Below, piece by piece: positions 9,249-20,000 of a stretch of 20,000 nucleotides of DNA. Each line of letters begins with the position of its first letter. Positions within the stretch are counted from its first letter, which is position 1. The notes beneath the pieces are model-generated. The model searched no databases and had not been told where the DNA came from. It saw only the letters and a list, made by a program, of their open reading frames with translations. Made by a program: the position numbers and the translations under genes. Source of the DNA: Catajapyx aquilonaris (lineage: Eukaryota); assembly GCA_000934665.2 (NCBI GenBank), contig KZ539074.1, positions 58,107 to 78,106 of the forward strand, given 5' to 3'.

Positions 9249-12200
9249 ACTCAATCCTTTTAAGTTCACTCTCCAAAAAATAGTTTAAATTAAAAGCCAG
9301 CTTTTTAGACAAGAAGTTAAAAAATAATTTAAAAGGGTCCCGAGGATAATTAGAGAGATTGAAAAGGAAGTAATAACGCCCCGTTATTACTTCCTTTTCA
9401 ATCTCCCTACACGTACGAAAGAAATGGAAAGCATAATAAGGATGTGCAGTACGCAGGGTTCCTTTATGTTGCACCAAGTATAACTCAGTACAGTACAATC
9501 ACATCCTCTGCAGATTATGAGATTAGAAAAGGCGATTTTGCATTTTTATTATTTATTAAATTAAAGTACAGACAAGTTGTAGCCACCTTCCCAGAGTGTA
9601 GACCAGTCATGTTCATGGAAAAAACAGTAGGAAATCCTTGCTTCTCTTGTTGTGCACAACGTCGTAACTTCAAACCCTATTACCGTATACCGCAATACTG
9701 TACAATCATGCAGTATATGTACTGTTACATCAACATTACTCTATTTATAATTTTGAACTAAAATCTGCATTAAATAATGGCGTCAAAACAGTGAAAAAAC
9801 ATGTTAATCCCCTTAATTAATTTGATTTTGCAAATACTGTATACCTTCCCACCATTCTTTCAACCAAACAGTATATATTATAGGCCTACTATTTGCTACC
9901 AATATGAGCTTATTTCCGGTACTGATGCGGACACTCGTTCCGTTTGGCACTCCAAGTTACACCCTATATGAGAAAGTAGTATCAGGTCCCGCTACAACAC
10001 ATGCAGCACATTCCTAATTCGCCAAAGTTATCATGTGGCGCAGGAAGTAGCACTCGCAGGATATACGAGTGTCTGAAGGAAGACAATACGTAGTATTATA
10101 TGATTACTATATAGGTTTTTTTTTCACGGCAGAGAGAAATAATTTATAAATGTTGGGTGGTAGCAAATGAGATGCATTCTGCCTTCACTTCTCAGGGAAT
10201 TTGCAAATGCACGCCATTTCGATTGTTTCTCAGTTTGGTGAATTTCTGTGACAACGCGTCACGAAAATACAAAAAGACTGCCATAAATGTGTCGCGCAAG
10301 TTCATGGCATTCAAAATTTTACCTCTTTACCGTTCTTTTTTTAGTATTAGCCTATAGACTCTGTGTATAAGGCCCTGATCTGGAACTCGGAAGTTTTAAA
10401 CCCATGCCAATATGGCGTATAACTACCACCGTGATAATTACGGTATATCTAAAACATTACAAGCAAAGAAAAAGCTTCCTCGGGGGTATAACTTACATCT
10501 GCTCTTCAGACTAGGGCCCCTAATCATTTAAAAAACTCTTATTACTAAATACTTAGGCTTACCATACTATGAGCATTGAAAACTCACACCGTTGTATGAA
10601 TTGGTATACTTAGTTATGTTCGTAATATAACGTTACAGATCTGTACTGTTCAGACATTTGTGGCATAATAAACATACCGAGTGCATTGTAATACATAACC
10701 TGCACGAGCCTGCACAATAGTTCTGGTGCTTTTATACCGACTGGAGGGTTAGATCTAATCGTTGAAGACCGACGTTCCGATTGGAGCTGCGGTGCATGGT
10801 GCTGCTGCTGTGCTGTGCCATGCAGCGTGCCACATTCACGAACAAGGGGATCCAACTTGCAAAATCAGTGTAACGTAAAATTAATCGTGGAGTGGGGAGA
10901 CTTGTAATCAGTCCGAAGAATCTAGTGTTAATTAGAAGACAGGGCGAAGACGCGGCGTCCTCATCGCGGAGGACAAAAGGTGTGCTGCTTATTCTCCCCT
11001 TGGCAATATTCAGTCTGGGAGTCAGCAATGCCCTTCCTTCCAAATGGAGCATCCCGTGACTGTAGTCGGCGCGGGCGACTTTCGGGTGTGAAAATCTTAT
11101 TCCCATTTGGATGCCGCAGCTTTCCATAATTCCCGTCATCCCCAAAGTGGGAGGTAAAGGGCTGGGTTGGCAGTTGACAATGAATGGGCCGGAAACCCCC
11201 CCTTCCCTGTCTCACTACTTGGCATAATCTCCGCATTCCAAGTATTTCATCCTGCAGATCCGTTTTATTGAAAACTGATAGAAAGGCAAGTTGACATTAT
11301 ACACTTTGATGGCTAAAAAATCCCCCCTACTATGGTTTCATCAATATTTCCCTCGGAAAAATTATCATATAAATCTCCTCAAAGGCTGCCGTAATGACGC
11401 TCCAAATCGTTTCTGGAATTCAAAATGTAGACCATTTTCATAAGGTCAGTGCGATGACCCTAGCAATAAAACGCAGAAGACAAATTCGAGGTTTAAAATT
11501 TCCTGGTTGCCAAGGACCTGATGGGCTGGGAAGCTGCATCTGCCATCATCGCGTCTCGATCTCTTTTTCACTCCTTTTTCGCGCCCCCACCCCCAAAATT
11601 TCCAAGCTTATGCGCTGCATCTGTTCAACGGGGAAATTAGGCACATCATCCATGGATCCGGAGAGAGAGAGAGACCCGGCATATAAAGATTTCAACGTTG
11701 CCGGATAACCCCTGTTTTCTTTCTTCTCCAAGTATACATATATATGGGTCAATATTGCTGGCTTAAAGTCATATGGAGTATGATGAGGAAAGTTGTAATT
11801 TTTCAACCAGAATTATTATATCCTATACTCTTACCATGTGTATTAATACACTGTAATGTTGCGAAATTTAATTAGAAATTTTGCAAGATTTCTGTTACTG
11901 TAACGACTAATTTGATTCAGCCAGTTACTGTATTATCCAGTAGCCTACTTATAGACTATGAAGAGCTACAAACATAATTTTTAAAATGTTAACACTGAGG
12001 AAAAACACAACAAACCACACGCTTTATGTTTTTATAACCATAACACACAAATTTTTAAAAAGCATCCTAAATAAATCCCAAATCATCATTATCATAGCAG
12101 TATACAACCACTTAACCCTGGATGGATGTGGATTGGAGAACACATTGGCCTTGGTAACTGCCAACCTCCTGCTGGAAAAAAATAGGTCGCAATAACTGGA

Positions 12201-15200
12201 CGCATTCCGTATCCGACAGGCTCCATATTTTTCAAAAAAAAAAAAGCGACGCAGATGAAAGACGAGCCATCCACTAGCACCAGCACTATAGGCCAAGTTT
12301 AAAAAAGAGAGAATTTGCAGCTCTCCCCACGATCCGTTTCATTTGCCACACAGAGTTCTAGGAGTACATCCGCTCTGCCATCTGCCTCACAATGAAAATT
12401 GGAATCACAGCACATTACCCGCAGAATATTTTCAAAAAGGAAGACTGGAGCGCTTTTGACCTGTGGCTGTCAAACAAATGTCGGCCTTTTCTGTCGAGAG
12501 CACGGCAATTGAAGCCCCCTGTTCCCGTATGTCGCTTTGTTGAGGTGGAGGAGCCTCGTCTATACCTTTAAAGGCACTCTGCAGGGAACCCACTCTTTTT
12601 GTTAAACTATTCCCCCACAGCGACGTTATATATGAATTAGCACTTTGATATACGTAACACATCCCTCTGATGTTGGTTGGCAAAGAAAATCCCAGGTGGA
12701 GTTTTGTCAGTCTCTAAGGTGGAAGTTATTCTGCCAAATGCGACGAGGCAATAGCGACAGATAATTTTAGTCGTACCAAATATTCCTAGAAGAAATGATT
12801 TAAACAGCTGCTTGTACTGAGAGGACCACAAGGCCCACAAAGGTCTTGCATTCAAGGTGACTAATCCATAACTTTGTTTCATTGTTTCACATATCCTTGT
12901 CGAGAGATAGGCCTTACAAGTGGAGATGCCCTCACCAATATACGAGACCATGACTCGTAACAATACAAAGAAGAAAAAAACATGGATAAAAATTCGTAAC
13001 AACAACATAGTGAATACAAAGCCAATATATTTGCACAATCACTCAAAAATGTATACGTTAAAAACAATCATCTCTGGCTAATGTTGTATAAGATATACCC
13101 AACTTTGCGTGAATGGTTTATGGGCCCACTCATTGTGGAATAAATATTGCAGTCCAAAAAATTACTGCACAGCAACAACCAGTGAGACGCACCGAGCCAT
13201 ACAAGATGCAATTTAGGCTCCACAGCTGAAATTCAGTTTTGTTAGTCGCTTTTCCCCAGCAGAATCATCTTGACTGCTTGAAGGAGGCAGGCTCTGCCAC
13301 AAAGGAGAAGCACCTGGGCTTCCTCCTCAATCCTGAGTGACCATATATGTCCCATTCGTGACTACTGGGTCAGAAGTGATGCGTTTTTGGATCAGGGTGC
13401 TCCGGCACATCCCCGCTCGCGCTGTTCCCCCGCCTGCCTCTCACATATTTAACAACAATCCTTCATCCGCCCCGCTACAAAGCCAAAACCCTGCTCGTTT
13501 CCTATAGGATTACAGTTGGAAACCAGCGCACTCACTTCCGCCCGGCTGCACCTCAAAGGGGCCACAGTGAGCTCACTGACATAAAAAGGAGGCCATCTTC
13601 ATCGAGTTAGAAGAAAGCAAAGGGGGAGCATGGCCGCAACTCAAATTCAGGAACAGCACAGCAATATGATGGGCGTGGAGTCAGCCAAACAAAACATCAC
13701 TGCTGAACTGCGAACCAGGCTGCTGCGTATGTGCATTAGCATATTATGCTCCTGCTGGGACACGCCCAACTTGTCATAACATTGGACAACTTGCTCTGCC
13801 TGTACAGCTATATAATGGCCTTACATAAGTGTCTTTTGAAGGAAAATCCTTTGCTTTTGGACGGAAAGGGGGGATCTGATCATGAATATTCAGTGCCAAC
13901 TGACAATATTGACAGTGAAGTATGTGGAAATTATTGTACGGATATAAACTTAGGTAGAATCTGTTGCTTTGATACAATCAGTATTTATTAGTATGTCTTA
14001 TTCAAAAGATCCCGTCTCAGGCGTCTCTTATGGACTCATCATTATCCTAAAAATTAAAAATTAAAAATTAACTCACACGGGCCTCTTGCTGAGCTTTGGA
14101 ACTGTTGGTTTCGCTGCAGTTACAGGTGTTAGCGTTTATACAGTAGGCTAAAGTTATGGCCTGCAATGGAAAACAAATTAAAATATTAATACGAACTCTA
14201 CACAAAATGGGGGAGTTTTCACAAAATTAAGTTCAGAGTAGCATCTTGCAAGAAGCAGCACCACGTGTGAAATGGATATTGATTATGATTGGCTTACGTA
14301 TCATCCCTACCTTTAGTAGTAAAAGAAAACCTTAATCTTTATGGGTATAGGCCTGTATAGTGTGTGTGCAGATTGGACAGTGACAAGTTACTAGAGTTTA
14401 TTCTATAAGTCGCCTATTTTTGCAGATAGACAAACACTAACCTATTGTTCTCTGTAGACGACATGTCCCAAACTGTGGGTCGCCAACTGCTATCCACGTA
14501 TGACCCTGTAAGTTACAATCCACCATCTGAATCCCACCCCTGATGCCCTCCCCTGTCTCTGCGTGGCATCACCATCCCAGCATAATTGCCCGACCCCGAC
14601 ATAAACAACTCATGGACATTCAGACATAACACAGAGCGAGAGCACAGTGTGACAGCACCATGGACCGTGTGCTGAGAAGTCGCGCCTCCTCCACCATCCT
14701 CCGCCATAAATTCCCTCACCCTCCCACCATATAATCCCCCCCCCACCCCCCGCCCCCGCAGCAAAGAGCAGAAGCGGCATCAGATCGTCTGCGGGCGTGT
14801 ATCAGACTTCCCCGCAGCAGTGAGTGTTGAAAGTGACAGCTATACTTGCCGCCCAGGCACAAACCAAAAATCGAACCGCTGCTGTGGGTGGGTGGGAGGA
14901 ACTCTTTCCGGAGGCTTTGCATAATCCGCATTGTGAAAAGGGCGCCAGCAGATGCCACGTTTAGTATATATATAGATCCGGGGTGGGTGGCTGCTGGGCT
15001 CGACTTCATTCCCAGGCAGTTCAATTTTTGACTGGCTTTGCCTGCGACAGAGTTGATTCGGTGGGCCCTTTCTTCGTCAAATAGGATTACATGTTCCGTA
15101 TGTTTTTCAAGAGGTGCAACGTACTCCAGAGCAGATTAGCGCGTCCCGTGCGCCTGACACCTAACCCCCCCAAAAGTCTCTAGCTCCCTCCCCCCCCCCC

Positions 15201-18200
15201 AACCTCCCCCTGAGATTCAAGTTCCGCTCTGGATTTTTCTCTTTATTGAAAACGTGAAATCCGTAAGCCTCCACAGACGGCATCAGCGGCACACTAGTTC
15301 GACGTCGCCGGCCCATTCACCACCGACCGACATTGGCTTCTGATTGACACGGCACGCCTGACTGCCGAAGCGTCCCGGCCAAATTTATTTCTCTTTTTTT
15401 TTATTGCCCTCCCCGGTGGTGGCATCCAGCCCACTTTGTAGGGAGGGGGACAACTTGTCCGACACGGAGGAAGAAGTGCAAGCTGCTGATTTAGAAGCTT
15501 TAGCCATTGTTTTTGGCCAATTTTGCAAGAAGGTTCATCGTGGATCATGTGCAAGGTGTCCGTAAATTAACTCCAGGAAGGTCGAAATTCTTCACGCTAG
15601 TCACATTTGTGCCCTTCGTGCAACTGGGCATCATACGAATGTTTAGGATGCTGTATAGCCTATATAGGCTGAACATCAATAATTTGCATGACCTTTTGCC
15701 TACTCCCACACTTTAAAAAATATCAAGCTACGCACTGGCCAACAATAAAATTATAATGGCTTCCCCAATTATAGAATGACCTCCACGTGGACAATGGTTA
15801 CCCATAAAGAAGCCTCGCCTATTCATTGGATCTAGAAACCCCTAGCCGCAATATTGAATTTCCCTTTATGTCTTATTACTCTCATAATATGAAAATGTGG
15901 TAGTCCTTGTAATAAAGCTTCTCCTTTATTCAGAGTAAACAAAAAAAAAACTTGGAGAAAAAAAAATGTAGGCTTCCCGGTTAATGCTGCTAAAGATTCC
16001 TCTCGCCTCTGGCGGCGCCAAACGAACACTATATAGAAGATAGAAGCAATAAAAGTGGGAAATTGAAATTCCTCCCTGCTGAAGACACAACTTTCAACGC
16101 TCTTGACAAAGGTAAATATAATATGTCAAATTTATGTGCCTAATTATTTTTTCATTAGTCGCCCCGTAATGTTCCCCCGCCCCCTTGCTCTGCTGGGGGG
16201 GGGGGGGGGGCAGGAAGGGAGCCACATTCAAAATGAAGGCGTAATATTGCCCAGATATGTCTCCGACAAATAAATGAAACCGGGTCTTTTCCAAGGGCGA
16301 TCCCGGGGAGTGTGTGTGGGAGGAAAGAAAGCCCACTTTGGAGAACTGTTTCGGCGGAATTAATTTCTTTCGTGGATAGGGACATCCCACAAGTTTGACG
16401 TTTTTGAGGGGATGGAACATCAGGGGTATATGTATTTATGAAACATAATACTGGCGTAGCTCGCCAATGTGAAGCGTTCGAACAGGACGTTTTTGTCTCC
16501 TCCTATTCAGATGAATTATTATCTCACGGTATACAGCATCCATCACATGATATTACAGTGAAGATGATAGGTTTTATAGGAAGTGAACAATATCCGACCG
16601 GTGAATGCAAGGCAATATCGGTATGCCATCAAATAATCTGATGAAACCCTTCAGGGATTTTTTTCTAATACAGTTTTTGCTTCAGAGAAGAGATGAGAAA
16701 CTAATGACATCTTAATTATCTCATTCATATATGGATTGCGATTTGAATCCCGCTATTTTTGCATGCGGGCTTGTTCTTGATCATTTTTATGACATCGAAG
16801 AAGGCAACCTTAATTCCAGTACAAGCGGAAATATTCGAACTACGACAATGGTAGAGCATGTCATAAAATAAAGAAGTATATATTTGCCTGAAAAAGCCTA
16901 ACTGAAATCCAACCTTATTACATCACAATCTTGTTAGCCTACCACGTTCCAACCTCCCTTGCCACATGTTATTGAGCAATGCATTAAAGAGTGCACATTT
17001 TTGGGGGGAAAAGAAGCAGGTCCTAAAAATGCAACTCCTGCATTTTCCAGCAGCACCTTGAGATAGTTTCGTAATTTTTACGACCGTTTAATTTCCCCTC
17101 CTTCGTATATAGTTCGTCTTACCGTTGAGTGTTCTAAATAAAGTGGAAATACAGGCTTGCTTTCGCCAACAATGCCCTCCCTAAGTTGTGCCTTTGTCTG
17201 CATTGAACCAACTTCTTCAGGTTCCTCCTCCATAATCGGACTGAAATTTGATGCCCCTCAGGTTGCATCCGGTTGAAACGTAACCGAGAACACATACCAT
17301 CTAAAGGAGGGGGTTCCATCTATGTTGAAAAGACACTGCAAACTGTGGGAGTACAAAGCGATATCAATCCTTCGAAGGCCACATTGTCAAACCACACACC
17401 ACATGCAACCCCAGTATGTAAGAACACCCCCACCGGGTTGTCTGCAGCGTCACTGGGTTTGTTTGGTGGCCGCTCATTCAGAACCAATAATAATAACGGT
17501 GGGGGTATATAGGGGGGGAAAAAAGAAACGTGGGCGATGCCCGGATCTTTTCAGGACGTATTACACGCCCCAACCCACAAATTATTTTACTTCTGGAATG
17601 GCCGCCGCTGATACGGGAGATGCAGCTGTTGAAAACAGAGGGGCCTTTCAAATCGGTGGGGAATATTACAGACAGAAGCAGCAGCCAGTCTTACATTCCC
17701 AACCCTCTATGGCTCCGGATGAAAGGGTTCAATTGGAGGGAAGAGACGGCCTAACCAGCCATTACACTCGTTTTGCTGCTTATGTGACACTTGCCCCGAT
17801 GCTGCCTCAGTGTGGTGATGGCGACTTTTAACAAAGAGGGGGACGGGGGCCCCGGGTCGGTGGTTTGGCCACTATTCGTTTCATATTTTCATTGTGCCTC
17901 TAATAGAGGTTTTCTTATACTCGAGATGTACAGTAGTAGTGGAAGTAGCATGTTAGTTCAGTTGCATTTGAAAATGACGTGTAATGTCTATTTATTTATT
18001 TTTAAAGTATCCATTGCCATCTCGGCCACTGTGTCTCTCACCCTGTATCTCTCCAACTCATCGGCCTGAACACTGAAATAGAAGTAATTGATTATGGAAT
18101 CGTTGTAGCCTACACCGGCCTATACACTGAAGTGCTCACGTGCAGGCTCGTATTGTTCACAATAGCATATAGCACATTAATAATACCGTACACATCGTTT

Positions 18201-19504
18201 TCAAATAATTGAAATAAACAGTTTTAGAACAGTGTACAGTACATTTTCAGTAAAAGGTGCAGAGAATCATCTCCGCTTGATGAGGTCATCAGCTCATGAC
18301 TCTACTATACATATCCCCTGCGATCGCCACCTCATAGCGAGCACTTGGACTGCATGGGTGGCATAACAGGTCAGGATAAATGCCATCCTGATTTCTTTCA
18401 TGTGGGAAACTGGGGCAGTTTTCACCCAACCAAGCCATTGTACTGTATCGATACCATGAAGCAATATGAGTGTGTGCCCTCATTGTCGCACTACTAACAA
18501 AAGAACAGAATTAAATAATTGAAACAAAATAATAATTGCACTCTCATATAATTATGACAACACAAAGAAGATGGGAAAGACGGCTTGCCATTGTTTTCCT
18601 CAGAGCAATGTAACTGGTGTATCCTGTTTACATCAATCTATATTAGACTACACTACACACGCGTATTGTGGGTATAAAAGTGAAATCAAAATTTTAGCGA
18701 ATATAGGTCTACGAGGTATGTCCAATTTTGTCGGGGTTGAGTTATTTACCCCACTTTTTCGGCTCTATCGCCTGATGAAATCTATTTAGGCCTCAAGATT
18801 CATAAACCAAGAACGGCAAGAAGCCGGTATTTTCTGCACTCACAGTCAGTACGGTAGCATGCAAATAATCTAAAGGATTTCACTTGTATATGCCGACGAT
18901 TTGTTCTACCAGCCGGAAACCTCCAGACCATATCCGACGTCATAGAACAAGTTCAATGAAAATCTGCGTGTTATACTGCGACGGCCTGTGTCACTCTTAG
19001 AGATAATATTATGGCAAGTGATGCAGATCACTAAATGCTCGGAGGAATCGCAGACAACCCAAGTGGAGAATATGTTGGAGCTCCCGCGGTGTCCCCCATG
19101 TCCACCATCCTGTGTCCCATCAGGAGGTCGCCAGCCCCTGCATCTGCCCCACCCAGCCTCCGGGCAAAGTCCCGGGCCATTATTGTTAAATTTACCCCCA
19201 CAAAATCGGCCATTTCGCAAGTTACATTCTTTGACAATGAACTCGAGATCGCCCCAACACAGTATACATACTCAGCAAAGGCCGAAGGACGGAATCAATC
19301 AATCTGTGCACAGCTATATCGAGCGTTTCCACTTCTTCGGCTTTTCAGAATTTTTGGCACATGTATACTGTACACCGATCCAGGGGAGTACACTAAGATT
19401 CAGCCTTACCTTGGAGAAAAACTTTTGATAAGGAGACAGGCAGACATCACATACAGGATGGCCAGAATTATTTTGCCAATATGATTCAGGTGGTAAGAGG
19501 TGAG

Positions 19505-19796
19505 TATGGAAGAGGCATGACATGGGTCCGAAAGGCCGGCGACGATCCGTTTTGGAGATGTCGACCTTTGACATCGACAATGTCTATCCTGACAAGTATG
19601 TGCATATCTGCATTGCTGGTTGCCGGGGTCAGGCGCTTGCACTCCTGCTAGACTCCTAGTAGACCGTTGTTCAACCGCCTGATTCCAGCAACTAGCAATG
19701 CAGTCATGCACGGGGGTATCCATACTTGTCAGGATAGACACCGTCGACGTCAACGTCGTCATCGGTCTTTTGGGCCCATGCCATGCTTCTTCCATA
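19505..19796. repeat. Long imperfect palindrome (foldback), probably an old MITE
   Basis: The arms align from tatggaagaggcatgacatggg... / ...cccatgccatgcttcttccata inward, through the perfect core tgtctatcctgacaagtatg / catacttgtcaggatagaca and tgcattgctggttgc / gcaactagcaatgca, to a central ctgctag-actc-ctagtag loop. Each arm carries one sizeable indel. Confidence 0.88.
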
Positions 19797-20000
19797 TACC
19801 ACCCATATCTTTTTGGCCTATATAGCTCAAAAGGACACAAGCAAACAGTAGCAAATAAAGCATTGTCATTATTTTAACTGTTTGGGCCCATGGTCAATTC
19901 TGAAATATCTTGAACTATTCGCAATCCTCAATTACAGGCCTATCACCCAACATTGATCACAACGTAACACTCAATAATCCCGTCTCAACTCCCATCATCG

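Noticed and set aside
9928..10077. 11-bp inverted match cggacactcgt / acgagtgtctg and a small cactcg/cgagtg hairpin
   Set aside because: Does not extend. No target-site duplication or Helitron CTRR end is evident.
10371..10520. Possible PIF/Harbinger (Tourist-like) MITE, TAA-ggccct...agggcccc-TAA
   Set aside because: The inverted similarity is short and gapped and the ends are offset by 2 nt, too weak to call.
10792..10826. Hairpin tgcatggtgc...gtgccatgca as a pre-miRNA
   Set aside because: Stem too short for a canonical pre-miRNA, and it matches no miRNA I recognise.
14460..14485. tcccaaactgtgggtcgc resembling a hAT/Charlie terminus
   Set aside because: Isolated fragment with no partner TIR or 8-bp duplication found.
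14945..14958. CTCF-like site CCAGCAGATGCCAC
   Set aside because: Mismatch in the conserved GGC core, and single hits like this are expected by chance.
16735..16860. tRNA/SINE-like words (tttgaatccc, tggtagagca)
   Set aside because: The A- and B-box-like words are in the wrong order and no cloverleaf can be formed.
17322..17831. 169-aa ORF, the longest outside the DMRT gene
   Set aside because: Non-ATG start, no domain similarity and random-looking composition.
18906..19840. Cluster of 100-150-aa ORFs, including a 'RAIIVKF' word reminiscent of LINE-1 ORF1p
   Set aside because: The match is only 7 residues with no surrounding ORF1 or RT context. The overlapping ORFs are explained by locally higher GC and the palindrome.

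Overview
Eukaryotic (metazoan, probably invertebrate bilaterian) genomic DNA, not prokaryotic. The first ~2.7 kb hold the last two coding exons and probable 3' UTR of a + strand DMRT (doublesex/mab-3 related) transcription factor. Exon 118-640 encodes a clear DMA domain. A phase-2 GT-AG intron (641-1144) follows, then a terminal exon (1145-1793) rich in poly-His/Gln/Ala/Pro. The DMA sequence looks most like the Dmrt93B subfamily, and the DM domain must lie upstream of the window. The other ~17 kb is non-coding: no listed ORF there has a credible protein signature. It contains several non-autonomous TA-flanked DNA-transposon relics (4769-4849, 7242-7408, 8322-9248), a ~290-bp foldback palindrome (19505-19796), poly-G/GA tracts and blocks that look cis-regulatory. 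The most interesting signals are in the intron after the DMA domain: an in-frame 66-nt candidate cassette exon, a read-through ORF ending inside AATAAA, a frame-switching acceptor and NAGNAG acceptors. Together they could give alternative C-termini. I see no evidence of a wholly novel system.
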